Positions 34,373-47,367 of a stretch of DNA of 64,000 nt are shown here, piece after piece (the first letter of the stretch is position 1; every line of letters starts with the position of its first letter). Source of the DNA: Azolla caroliniana. Lineage: Eukaryota > Plantae > Polypodiophyta. The DNA is taken from positions 18,910,001 through 18,974,000 of the forward strand of contig JBHGNT010000002.1 of NCBI GenBank assembly GCA_043228905.1, given 5' to 3'. The notes beneath the pieces are model-generated. The model did no database searches. It was not told the DNA's origin and worked only from the letters and a program-made list of their open reading frames with translations. The translations under genes were made by a program, and so were the position numbers.

Positions 34373-37300
34373 TGTTGTACGTTTTAGGGTTAGGGATGAC
34401 GATTATGATAGCATGATTATAATGATGGGTGTGATGATGGATATAAGCATTGTGGAATGGTGGAGATGGTGAATGGTATGGGATTTATGGCGAGAGAGAT
34501 CATGTGCATTGAGAAGCATTGCGGGGTGAGGGGTGGTGCCAAGAATGGCTCCACCCCCCTCCCAAGGGGGTTCAACGTAAGGGGAGATAGAAGAGAGAGA
34601 TGACAAGAGAGAGAATGAGAGAGAGAGAAATGTTCATTCATGTTTCATTCATTCCCCATAAGGGGTTGAATAGTACAAGAGGGGGTAGATACATAGGGGT
34701 GTAAACCCCATTGAGCATTCATACTGGACACTCACTCACACCTCCTCGTATCCATCCACATGCACACACGTGTGCATGTGTTCACATACGTATAGACTCA
34801 CAATTACATTTATGCCTCCTACACATACACAACAACATCATGATAACATTCGACCCTCGATCATCACACTTGACTCTCCGTACATCTCGTACGGGGTAAC
34901 ACAATATGGCACGCCCGTGGGAAAGTGCCTTGCACGTCGATCCCACATGCCTTGATGATGATATTTCTTTGACCGGAACTTCCATCGGTCCTTTCAACGA
35001 TCGACTCCCTCGATCAGAGTGCTTGACTCGAACATCTTTTTCGGTCAACGAATCTTCCACAACACGAACCTTCTCGTTCTGTCGGCTTACGAACTTTGGT
35101 AACATCATTCGGGTCGTTAAAAAGACGTTGTATGTATGTGTGTTCTTCTTTGTATCTTGTGAGTTGTGTGTGGATTACGTCCATTTCTTTTAGGTAGATG
35201 AGTTTTCAAAATTGCCTCGTTGCCCTTTGGTTATTAAAACTCTAATATATACCCTTGAACTTTTGAATTTGCAATGGGTACCCTCAAGGTTTTGAAATTT
35301 GTTGCCCTTGTCTTTGTCTTTTCCTTTCTCCTTTCTGTTTTGTCTTCCTCTCTTTCTTCATTTTTTCTCTTCTTCCTGTCTATTGGTCCATTTGTGTCTC
35401 CTTCTCTTCTCTTTCTTCATTTCTACTTCTCTGTCTCTCCCGGTTGCTTCTTTGTCTGTCCGTGGTTTTTTGGTGTCTTTCTCTTCTTCCATGACATCTT
35501 TTTCTTCCTTCACTATTCTTCTTCTTCCTTGCATTTCTCTTCTCTCTTCTTCTTATTTTCTGTATGTCTACCTCTTTCTTCTCTGTGTTGTCTTTGTTTT
35601 GGTTGTCGTGGTTGGTCGTCTGTCCAGCCCGTTTGGCCACTCCCGCCACTGTTCGGCTATTACGGCCGCTTCGACAGTTCCTCGGCCACTCTTTGGTCGC
35701 TCGTCCGTCTCCATCTCCTGCCGTGGCCATCTCCGACCACTGATGCCGTCCTTGTCCAGCCGCCTCCGTTCGGCTCCTACGACCGCTCTTAGGTCACTCT
35801 CCGGCCTCTCCTCCGTCTCTTTCGGTGTTCGGTTGTCGTCCTCTTTCGACCGTGCGTTCGGTTCGTCAGTTGTCTGGTACTTGTCCATCCGGACCATCTG
35901 GCTTTCTGTTCGGGTCTCCTCCTGTGATGGTTGTCGGCTCTGTCGACGGTGTCTGTCTCTTTGTTCAGCCAATGGTTGTTTGGCCATTCTGGCTGTTGTT
36001 TAGGGTTTCAAGCCGCCGCCATTCCTTCTGGCTGTTGGCTGTTGTACGGCCATCCGCTGTCCACTAGTATGTCCAACCGTTTTCGTCTCCCCTCTCTGTG
36101 TCCGCTTGTTCGGTTACTCTTTCATTGTTGTCTGGCCGTCGGTTCGGCTATTTCCGTCGTCGGCTCGTTAGGTCGTCTCTGTCCGGCCGTTATGTGTCTT
36201 TGTGCATACCGGAAATTGATCCAGCCACTATTCGGCGGCTGCCGCTCTGTCGCTGCAACTGTACGACCGCCGCTCCATCTGATCACTGTCTGTATTCGAC
36301 CCGGTGGCTGCTGGTCGGCCACCACCCTAGCCGTTGGTATGTGGCCACCGCCGTCTGATCGTCGTCCCGGCTCCATCACTGTTCCGACTGTTCGGCCCAT
36401 TGCGGTCGTTGTTTGGCGGTTCTTTTTCCAGCCCATCTGGCCACTTCTGTTCCGGTGACGGTCAGCCACTACAACCACTCTTTGGTCGCTCTCCGGCCTC
36501 TCCTCTGTCGATGTCGCTGGTCCACCCATCGAGCTTTCTTAGTACGGCTCATTCCAGTCGGTTCCGGCAATCGGTTCGGCTGTTGTCCAACTGCTCCCAT
36601 CTTTGTTCATTTCCTGCACACGCACATTGCTAGTTCTCGTACACTCGCACATCCGTATCTTCATGTCTCATTTTGTGATTTACGCTAGCACATTGTGATC
36701 ACCATTTGCCGCACATAGTCGATCCGATTTCTTGTACATTCCTTCACTGCGTCCCTTCATTGACTTCTTTGCGGACATCGTCATCGCATATCATGCTTCA
36801 ACTTTGTCTTGCACTTTGCCGCCATCATTTGTCGCTAACCACACACTCGCACATCGTCATCGTTTCTAACCGCTTAGTCACTATGTCTTGCATCGACGCG
36901 TATCATCCTTTGACTCCGTCTCCAAAGGGGGGTCGCCTTAGTGGTCGCCAAAAGGTGTTGTACGTTTTAGGGTTAGGGATGACGATTATGATAGCATGAT
37001 TATAATGATGGGTGTGATGATGGAGATAAGCATTGTGGAATGGTGGAGATGGTGAATGGTATGGGATTGATGGCGAGAGAGATCATGTGCATTGAGAAGC
37101 ATTGCGGGGTGAGGGGTGGTGCCTAGAATGGCTCCACCCCCCTCCCAAGGGGGTTCAACGTAAGGGGAGATAGAAGAGAGAGATGACAAGAGAGAGATTG
37201 AGAGAGAGAGAAATGTTCATTCATGTTTCATTCATTCCCCATAAGGGGTTAAATAGTACAAGAGGGGGTAGATACATAGGGGTGTAAGCCCCATTGAGCA

Positions 37301-37484
37301 TTCATACTGGACACTCACTCACACCTTCTCGTATCCATCCACATGCACACACGTGTGCATGTGTTCACATACGTATAGACTCACAATTACATTTATGCCT
37401 CCTACACATACACAACAACATCATGATAACATTCGACCCTCGATCATCACACTTGACTCTCCGTACATCTCGTACGGGGTAACA
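34373..37484 (+). mobile_element. Non-autonomous LTR element I (3.1 kb; Tat-lineage-like PBS; no gag/pol), nested in the integrase of F
   Basis: Near-identical 529-bp LTRs at 34373-34901 and 36956-37484; perfect TSD CATAT (34368-34372 and 37485-37489); PBS TGGCACGCCCGTGGGA resembling the complement of a tRNA-Arg 3' end; 2054-bp interior without retroviral motifs. Confidence 0.95.
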
Positions 37485-39398
37485 CATATGTCGCCGTCGA
37501 CAGTGCCTCAGCCCAAAACTTCTTGGGTAGTTTTGCATGCGCAAGCATACTCCGGACCCTCTCCATTATGGTCTGGTTCATCCTCTCGGCCAACCCGTTT
37601 AGTTCCGGCGTCTTCGGCACGGTAAATTCAAGTCGGATTCCCTTCGAGCGACAGTACTCCTCGAACTGCCCCCGGTATTCACCTCCGTTATCTGCTCAAA
37701 CCGCCTTCAGCTTCCGGCCGATTTCTCTTTCGACTCTCGCGTGGAGCTCTTTCAAGACGGATAACACCTAATCCTTCGTCTTCAACGGTGTGGCCCACAG
37801 CTTCCGGCTATGGTCATCTATGAACGTCACGAAGTACTGCGATCCGGCATGTGACTTCGTGTCCACTTGACACACATCAGTATGCACCAACTCCAGTGGT
37901 GCATTATGTCTCATCAGTGGCGTTGGTCGGAAGTAGGTCCGGTTTTGCTTACCGGCCAGACAATCAGTGCACTTCTCCAAGTGCACGTTCTTCACTGGAA
38001 TGAGGTTGTCGTCTGCAAGCCTTTTCATCCCCTTCTCGCTCATGTGACACAACCTTTTGTGCCACAGCTCAGCGACAGTGTCGGATGCCACGTTCACTTC
38101 CTCCGGACATAATCAGGCATTCATCAGGTACAATGTGTTGACCTTCCGGGCCCGAGCCACAATCAGGCTCCCTTTGCTGAACTTCATAACACCGTTCCGG
38201 ATGCTACCCGTGTAGCCTTCATCATCTAGCCGACCGGCTGATATCAGGTTCAGAAGAACCTCCGTAACGTGTCGGACATCCTTCAGCAGTAGCTTGCATC
38301 CGGTTGGCGTTGTCAACCACACGTCTCCTATGCCGACAATTCGGCATGTACCTTCATTCCCCATCCAGACACAACCGTGATCACCAGTTGAGTAGGATGA
38401 GAAGTATTTCCGGTCCGGGGAATGGTGGAACGACGCTCCAGAGTCGACCACCCAGGTCGTCTCGTCGCCGACAAGGTTTAGCTCACTCTCCTTGGTGATG
38501 AGCATCAACTCTTCTTCACTTGCCGCGATTGCCATCGTTCCCTTCCGGTCCAGCCCCCTCCAGTCTTTACCGTTCCAATCGGTGTCCACTTCGAATCGGT
38601 ACCGTCGGTTTCCTTGTGTTTTCGGAAATGTCAACAGTTCTTCTGGAAGTGTCCCGGCTTGCCGCAATAGAAGCAAGTAGGCCTCCCCCTTGACTTTGAC
38701 CGTGTCCCCAACTTCTCCCGGTTCTAGGGACTACGGTTCCTTTGTCTTCCGCGTTCCGATTCGGTAAGGAGCGCTTTGGAGTCGGAGCTCGTATCCTTAT
38801 CTTTCCGACGCGCCTCCTCATCCAGCAAGCTCGACTTTACTCTTGCTAGGGATAACCGTTTCCCTTCTGGCCCAGCATTGCCCAAAGTGACAGCCAACGT
38901 CTCCCAGCTATCCGGGAGGGAACCGAGCAAGAGTAGCGCTAGTACCTCGTCGGCGAGAGGTACTTCCAATGATGTTGCCTGGTGTATCAGCCCTTGGAAG
39001 GCATTCATGTGCTCCGCCATGCTAGAGCCATCTTGGTACCGGAGTCTTACTAGCTTCCAGAATACCGAAACCTGGTTAACAACATTTTTGTTCTGAAACA
39101 TAATGCCGATCTTCTCCTAGAGCTCATCAGCCTTGCTCTCTTCATTGAAGTTGTTGTATAGGCTCATGTCGATGAAACACCATATGTAGGCCATTGTCTT
39201 CATGTGCATCACCTCCCATATCATGGCGTCGATTTTGTCCGGTCTCTTGTCTCCGAACTGAACCGACAACCAAAGATCTTTAACCACGAGCATGTCCCTC
39301 ATCTTCGACTTCCACACCGAATAGTTGGAGCTGGTGAGCTTGAACATACCTCCCAACGAATTGTCCATTTTCTGTGTCGTTTCGCTCTGATACCACTT

Positions 39399-39682
39399 TG
39401 ATAGGAACTGCACGCTCCCTATGCGCAATGCTCGGCCACAACCGAACTTAGAATCAAACACAGAAAAAAAACGGGGAATGAATACACGACACAAAGGAGA
39501 GAAGAGTACACAGGATGTTTACGTGGAAAACCCAAACTAGGGGAAAAACCACGGCAGCCCACAGACTGCGAACTATCACTATATCACAATGATTATGACA
39601 GTGAGCTCACGGAGGCAACGACCTCGTGCTCACGATCTTTGCCACAGGCGGCGGTTACAACAGAGGCAACGACCTCTTCGTT

Positions 39683-39755
<73 letters not shown>

Positions 39756-40145
39756 GTACACTGTTGCACTCTAATCTTGCGCTAACAAGAATGACAACAA
39801 CTCTCATACTAAGTTTACCCTAAGTCATATTTATACTAATATGACTTTTCGGCTATTTACAAATATAGCCCCGATGGACTCTCAGAAAACATATTTACGA
39901 ATATGTCCCTTCATCTGGTGAGCACTCCTCACCGGCCCTGCATCATCCGGTGCTTGTCGGGCACTCATCATCCGGTTCTCATCGGGTCTTCCGTTTCCGG
40001 GTACTCCTCATCTGGTTCTCACCGGGTCCTCTGTTGCCGGGTACTCCTCATCCGGTTCTCATCGGGTCTTCCATTTCCGGGTACTCCTCATCCGGTTCTC
40101 ACCGGGTCTTCTCACTTCCCATCCGGAGGGACCTGTTTCCTAACA
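39399..40145 (-). repeat. 5' LTR of F (longer CT microsatellite; four 40-bp units at 39959-40111)
   Basis: Direct repeat of 31535-32231; adjacent to the PBS. Confidence 0.95.
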
Positions 40146-40249
40146 ATCCCAAACTTATAAAGAAGATTGAGGATATAGTGCTTTTGAGAAAGCATGATGT
40201 CGTATAGAGTCAGAATTACTTCTATTCCTAGAAAGTAATGGAGCTCCTC

Positions 40250-41231
40250 CATATCGGTCATTTCGAATTGGCTGGAGAGGAGCTTCTTGATGTGCTCAAT
40301 ATCCGCTAAATGCTCTCCTCCTATGACCAAGTCATCCACATAAATGATGATAAAAACCTGTCCTCTAGAATCACTCCGGATGAACAGAGAGTTGTCGGAC
40401 ATGGACACGTTGAAGCCGATTTGATGAAGATAAAGCGTTATCTTCGAATGCCATGCTCTTGGTGCCTGTTTAAGGCCGTAGAGAGGCTTTTTGAGTCGGC
40501 AGACATCAGTTGGATGTGTAGTCGACATGAATACGGGTGGTTGCACCATGTACACTTCTTCATCTAACTCACCTGGTAGAAAGGCGTTCTTTACATCCAT
40601 TTGGTGGAGGTGCCACCCTTTTGCTACTGCAAGCGCAACTACAGTTCGAATTGTAGTGTCATGTTTGCTATCGGGGCAAAGGTCTCTTCGTAGTCGACAC
40701 TGTGCATCTGCGTGTAGCCCTTCGACACAAGTCGGGCCTTCATATCGGTCATTTCAAATTGGCTAGAGAGGAGCTTCTTGATGTGCTCAATATCCGCTAA
40801 ATGCTCTTCTCCTATGACCAAGTCATCCACATAAATGATGATAAACACCTGTCCTCTAGAATCACTCCGGATGAACAGAGAGTTGTCGGACTTGGACATG
40901 TTGAAGCCGATTTGATGAAGCTATAGCGTTATCTTTGAATCCCATGCTCTTGGTGCCTGTTTAAGGCCGTAGAGAGGCTTTTTGAGTCGGCAGACATCAG
41001 TTGGATGCGTAGTCGACACGAATCCGGGTGGTTGCACCATGTACACCTCTTCATCTAACTTGCCTTGTAGAAAGGCGTTCTTTACATCCATTTGGTGGAG
41101 ATGCCACCCTTTTGTTGCTGCAAGCGCAATTACAGTTCGAATTGTAGTGCCATGTTTTCCACCGGGGCAAAGGTCTCTTCGTAGTCGACACTGTGCGTCT
41201 GCGTGTAGCCCTTCGCCACAAGCCGGGCCTT
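40250..41231 (-). repeat. 491-bp tandem duplication within the RT of G
   Basis: CATATCGGTCATTTC starts at 40250 and 40741; both units end in GGGCCTT. Confidence 0.93.
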
Positions 41232-41400
41232 GTACCGATGGACAATGTCGTCAGCATTGTGCTTTACCTTGAAGATCCATCGACATCCAATTGTCTTTTG
41301 GTGGTTTGAAGAAGGGACAAGATCCCATGTCTTGTTCTTGGAGAGTGCTTGCATCTCCTCATTCATCGCTTCAACCCATCTAGGGTCCTTCGCGGCTCCA

Positions 41401-42423
41401 TTGACACATCTCCAATAGTAACTTTGATGTTTGGGCAAGCTCCATGAAGTTCCCCAGTTGTTGAATTAGCCGATTTTACCCTCCACCCATGATTTGTTTC
41501 CATTGGCCATCCGCCTTTCCTGTAAATATCATAAGAAATTAGATTAATTTCGGAGTTGTGATCGATTAAGGCCACGACCGGATCTTCAAGGTTTTCAATC
41601 TTCACAGGTGTCTCAGTTGTTGCTCTTGCCCAATGTTTCTTAGCATAGTAGCTTTTTAGCTCTTTCGGCTTCTCTTCAAAAATTGTCGTTGCAATAACTT
41701 GTGTACCAACAATGGAAGAGCTTGGTTCACCTTTGATGACTTTCTTCACTTCACTTCTTGGGTTTTCAAAAGCTTCAATACTCTAGTGTTTTCTTTTAAT
41801 TCCATCTATTATTGCTTCATGAAATTCCTTTTTAGCTATGCCTAAAAGTTCCCTCAAGGAAAGCTCCAATTTGCTATCTAAAATTCTTTCTTCCAATACT
41901 TTTTTTAAATCAGTTGAAGCTTCAATATCAGATAATAATTTGAATGAGGGACTCTTCTTTTCCTTACCTTTTTCAATGTCAGGGCTTACCACTTTTGGAC
42001 TTTCTGTCTCCCTCTTTTTAGCACTTCTTAGCTCCCTCTTCTTGTTATCTTCATTTTCCGCCCATTACCGTTTCTCTTCCATGATCACTTCATGGGCTTG
42101 GTTTGTTGCAACCTTCACGAAAGCTGAGAGGCCATCCACTGGGTCTTCCCAACCAATACCGCTTCGGACAACATCACCTCCAAACTTCAACTTTTCAAAC
42201 TCGATTTTACCCTTTCTTGCAGCTTTTAGAATACACAACCAAAATTCAAATTCGGATCCTCCTTCACCAACATGGATGATTGTAGTTGTTGGTTGATATA
42301 CAGTTTGTGTCCTAGTTGTTTCCGCATCTTCAACGATCGTTCTCATACCACCTCTTCTAAAGTTAGTTCAGAGAGGTAATCGAGTTTAAGAACAATGAAT
42401 CTTACCATTTTTGAAGAATAATG
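41401..42423 (-). mobile_element. Degenerate Ty3/gypsy gag-protease fragment H
   Basis: ORFs 42065..42346, 41783..41992 (LSLRELLGIAKKEFHEAII) and 41363..41749 (VVALIDHNSEINLI..ANSTTGELHGACPNIKVTIG, retropepsin-like). Confidence 0.75.
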
Positions 42424-43760
42424 TGAAACTGTTTTTAGAATCTAAGCCATAACATTAGAAGAATATAAAGTATGGATAATTCACATTTGGAGGCTAAGAA
42501 CACGAACCAAGACCTTAGGAAGAAGTCAAAAGTAAAAGTAAGAGACCAACAGAAAAGTAAAAAGAGAAACAGCGGACCATAAAAAACAGTAAAAAAGAAA
42601 TGGTCATAACTCCATCGTTTTTCACCCAAATATTCTGTTTAAATATGGGTTTGAAAGCTTGTAAAGAGAGCTATCTATAGATTTTTAAATCACTAAATTT
42701 GGAGCTCTAATGAGTGATATATGACGATTATAAGATTGTTGGGACTTAGTTGAAAATAGGCGACAAAAAGCTTCTACAAATAGCGTGAACGAGGAAGAAG
42801 AAGAAAATTATAAAAGAGGAAGTGGAGGGTTCCAAATAGAGGAAGAGGATTCTTAGGAAGAGGTATCTTAGTGGAAGAAGATGGTTCTTAGTAGTGGGTT
42901 TGAGTGATGGGTAGTAAGAAGGTCTTTGGTTTTTAAGTTCATTGTGGAGTTTATCCTCTTTGTATTGACTTGAAGTGCAATATTCTAACATTCTTATCTC
43001 TTTCTCATCTTCCCTAACTTTTATCTTAATTTCTTGAGTTTTCCTCTCTAAATCGTAATTACCTAGATTTATATAATCTATTTGAATTCACAACTCTCTC
43101 TAATCTGCTTGGTCAAGCCCTCATATTGTGTACGACAATCTTTTCTCTTATACGCCCGATCATTTTTGGCACTCTAAGGAGAGCTGATCCTTTCCGTATA
43201 GGAGGGAGAACTTATCCTTTCTTTGCGTTACTATACTACATTAACTTAGCAATGTAGTTCGCGTTTTTGGGTGAAAGAACACAAGATGCTGGTGCCTTTT
43301 TGGCATCCTTTGAGCATCATGCCATCTCTATTGGACGCGTCACCGACAATGAAAAGTTTCCCTTATTGGTAGCTACATTCTATGGTCGAGCTCGAGATTG
43401 GTATAACTCTCTTCCACCAAACGAACAAGGAGAATATCAATAGTTGGTACACCAGTTTCGTTCTAGATACAGTCCAAGACAAAGTGAAACGGAAGTAAGA
43501 GAGGAGCTTTTTCGACTAAAGATGGAATCACCTTTTGGTTTCATACAGTATGAAAGAAATTTCAAGGATTTGTGGACGATGTGGATTCGTCTTCGTGGTG
43601 GCATTGAAGACGAGTGGTTTAAGATGGAACTATTCAAGATGGGCCTTGACATGCATTTCCGTTTGGAGGCAAGCTTGAAGGATCCAACAACTTTTTAAGC
43701 TCTTCTCCAAGTTTGTCAAGGTTATGATCAACAAGTGAAGATGATGAGTTCCATGGAGCG
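42424..43760 (+). mobile_element. Truncated LTR retroelement L (5' LTR about 42424-43162, PBS-like site, gag fragment)
   Basis: TATA-like TATAAAAG at 42810; ..GATCA then TTTTTGGCACTC; gag-like ORF 43444..43698 (FRSRYSP..EVREELFRLKM..FKMGL); left boundary approximate. Confidence 0.55.
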
Positions 43761-44102
43761 CCAAAATGATAGGGATTATAAGACAAGGGAGAGTCGTACA
43801 CAATATGAGGGCTTGATCAAACCGATTAGATGGAGTTGTGAATTATAATAGATTATATAGATCTAGGTAACTACGATTTAGAGAGGAAAACTCAAGAAAT
43901 CAAGATAAAAGGTAGGGAAGATGAGAAAGAGATAAGAATGTTATAATATTCCACTTCAAGTCAATACAAAGAGGATAAACTCCACAATGAACTTAAAAAC
44001 CAAAGACCTTCTTACTACCCATCACTCAAACCCACTACTAAGAACCATCTTCTTCCACTAAGATACCTCTTCCTAAGACTCCTCTTCCTCTATTCGGAAC
44101 CC
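42827..44102. repeat. Long inverted repeat (arms 42827-43174 and 43756-44102)
   Basis: About 350-bp arms that are reverse complements with scattered mismatches; spacer about 580 bp. Confidence 0.93.
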
Positions 44103-44350
44103 ACCTCCTCTATTAGGATCCCCACTTCTTCTTCTTCTTTTATATATCTTTTCATATATATATATTTGTGATTGTGACTAAACCCCCCCTTTTCCACTTT
44201 CTACCTGTTGGAAATTGAGGCCATTGGCCCATTAGTACAGAATACAAAACAACACTATAGGTTGGAGAATAGCAAGTTGGTGTAAACAAGATCAACAAGT
44301 AGAACAGATTCAACAACAAAGAAAACTTGAATAGAGATCAAGATCAAGAG

Positions 44351-44381
<31 letters not shown>

Positions 44382-47367
44382 GCACAAATAGTAACTTATT
44401 ATCAGAAGTTACAACACGAAAGAATGGGAACCAACATCATCATCTAAACTAGGTCACAAATTTAATACATATAATAACTGAACTAGGGCAACTGCCCTTA
44501 AGTATAATTACATAAGTGTCCTAAACCTAGTCTGTCCAAGTGGGATAGTGTGAATATGTCCATTATACCCCATATTCGATACAACTTGGCCATGCCGCAT
44601 CACGACAACGAAACAAGTGATTAATCCAAAGAACATGAGATTATGAAGGGATTTCACAATATCAAGACCAAAATGGGCCACTTTGTAGGCTGATTAAAAT
44701 TACCTAAGACACTGGTTGTGGAGAGTAAGGCACCAACAAGGGACACCAAGCTCAATAAACTGTAGGAAAAAGGGTATAGAGCAAACCAAATAGGAAGCAC
44801 TATTAACCAATGGGCAATCTAGTGTAAAAGGAACTCAATAACCTTGTAAAAAGCTATAAAAAGCAACCTTTTAGTGATTTTTGTAGCTCTTCTCCTTTCC
44901 TTTCATGTATTAGAGCTTCCATTTCATTTCCTTACTCTTCTATTAGACCTAAGAGAGATTAGGGTTGAGAGCTAATTAAGCCAAACCCTGATCTCTTCAC
45001 TCTTGTATTGTGTTAAAGCTCCTTGCTAATAAGAAGTGATGCATTCTTTTATTATCTTGTGTTTATATCTATTCGAAGTGCAAGTGAGAGTAAAGTAAGA
45101 GTGTGTGTGTGTGAGCATAATTGCTAATTGTTAAGATTCAGCAAACTAATAGCTCAAAGGTGTTTGACAACCACCTTTGCCCGTTTTTGCCCAATTCGTC
45201 ACTAAAAGGGTATACGCCATTCTGGATCCTAGGCCAACGATATTGACGGAAGGTATAACTTCATTGATCTATAAACATGTTCCTATGGAAGCACACAAAA
45301 GCCACACAAATGTCAAAATTAGGCTGATCAACAATTTGATAGGTCAAATTATGTTACTTTTCTCTCCACCTTGATAGACTCACACTCGCAATAACCATTA
45401 AATTCAACATTGAACAATCAAAACTAGAGATTATTTACAAACAAAACAACACATATAAACACAGACATATACCAAGTGGAAGCAAGCCTTACATCCGTGT
45501 GCGCGGTGTTGATGTGCACTACTTGTTGCAACTTCTACAACTCATGGTGAATGGAGAGAGAAAGGAGATAGGAAGGGAAGTGAAAGAAGCAAGAAAAGAA
45601 ATAAAGAGAAGTACTAAGGAAATTATACTAATACTACAAACATGTAGAACTAACAATAATCAAGTAATAATATTAATAAAAATCCAATATTTCTAACAAA
45701 GTAATATACATTTAATAGCTGAAGTACCAAGACTTCTACATTAATACTAAAGTGTGGGAGAAAAAAAAGATAAGCAAATAGAAACCAAGTATTTCTAACA
45801 AACTTCCCTATATTTTATAATTGATGTATTAAGGCTAGTAGAAATACTACAAAAGTGTTGAAGCAACACTATCATGCTTCTAATACATGTACAAACCAAG
45901 TAAAAGAAACAATGAAGTAGAAATATCAAGTTACTTTAAATTGCAAAAACAACCCCATTGGACCAAATCTCATGGTAATTAAAACTAAGAACTAGAGAAA
46001 ATAACTCTTTGAAAAGAAGCCTAAAACAATGTTGAATGGACAGTATATCATGCTTCTTTATCTAAAATGCAAAATATTAATTTCTTATGTAACTTGCCGT
46101 CTTACCTCCAATAGCTAATATGTGCAAGTATTGTACATTCATCATTGTACCACTGCATTAATCAAACCTCCTATTGAACTTCAAATTTGTGGTTCTCAAC
46201 AAAAACTGTGATATATATAATGACAACATTTTGCTAGTATCCTAAAAATCGTCTTATATATGACCTGTCATAAGAAATCAACAAGAAACCATTAAGATAC
46301 TACACTTGAAAATAGAAATGGCTGGCTGAGATAGAAGTGAAACTACTAATGTTTGTGGTGCATAACTGGATACACATTACATGCCCATCAATCATATTTT
46401 TTCTCTTAAACCTATTCCCACTAATAATATACAGGTTCTCATAATCTGGGGATGTTGACAGATCTATCAAACAATTCTATTACCTTCCCAATCATGTGTA
46501 CATAAAATATTTTACATCAAAACAGGTATAGAACAAATTCTTTCATCTTTAATTCTAATGAAAGATCTACTTCCTGGCATGGGAAGGTCCAATAACATAG
46601 GTAGAAGACATGTAATGATTTATTGTGCTCCACCCTGTATTACTTAACAATTTAGATAATCATACTGATGTATTTCTTATCATAATGGAGATAATGCTGC
46701 CATTCATCCAATTCCAACCCCTATGTTGTATCCCAATTTATGCTCCCCCAAAAAAGAAGGAAAAAAGGGGAGAAGGCGTTGACATGATTGGAAGCATGTG
46801 CGAAGTCCTCGGGTTATATGAGCTGACAGTAAGGTAAACATGTTTTACAAAGGAATCATTGTTGCACCTTGTAGTTCCAATAAATTGCTTCCTCTGATGG
46901 CAGAACTACAGGGTAAAATTTTAGATTTACACTTAACTCTTGACATGATGTATGGTACAACGTAGATGTATGTCAGTGAGAGGGTGCCCCTATGGTAGAT
47001 ATACATGAAAACCTTACAGATCCATGTCCAAGTTTTGTTAACTTGCACTGCAGATCATGAAGGGAAAAACGTGGGGCTCTTAATACTGCCCCAGACTTGG
47101 AAACCAGTTTCATACACAAGCATCTTTGTTTGTTGTAGTGCCATGTTCATTCATGGCATGCTGTGTCACTAAGTGGCCGATGATAACATGTCAGAAACTG
47201 ACTTCTATAATTCTATAGATGACCTTGTAACACCAGAAATGAGTAGCTCCAAGAACAATGATCCAGGACCATAGTCATTCTGAAAGAATCATCTGCTATA
47301 ATCATCTTCTGCACCTAGCGGCTAGGTCAAATATTTATTCATATGGGCCATAAGAGCCCATAATGAA

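Larger units (their letters stand above)
31535..40145 (-). mobile_element. Ty1/copia element F (Tnt1/Tork-like), both LTRs present, nested in G, interrupted by I
   Basis: LTRs 31535-32231 and 39399-40145; flanks ATCTT/ATCCC (removal restores FGMT); iMet PBS 39384-39395; PPT AGGGGGAG; gag, protease WVVDSGASFH, integrase, RT and RNase H ORF fragments on -. Confidence 0.96.
30291..41400 (-). mobile_element. Ty1/copia element G (3' LTR, RNase H, RT; 5' part deleted; interrupted by F)
   Basis: LTR 30291-30681 (TGTAAAGAATC..CTCAACA, homologous to 60942-61264); PPT GCTTGAAGGGGCG; RNase H (LYCDNMSSI..FHARTKHI); RT (IIYVDDLV, MDVKNAFL) resumes at 40146. Confidence 0.9.

Noticed and set aside
35274-36688. 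Plus-strand hydrophobic ORFs in element I as env-like genes
   Set aside because: Explained by the scarcity of stop codons in A-poor, low-complexity sequence; no recognisable domain
44206-44584. Possible solo LTR (TGTTGG..GATACA)
   Set aside because: Flanks CTACC/ACTTG do not match and there is no second copy; boundaries unsupported
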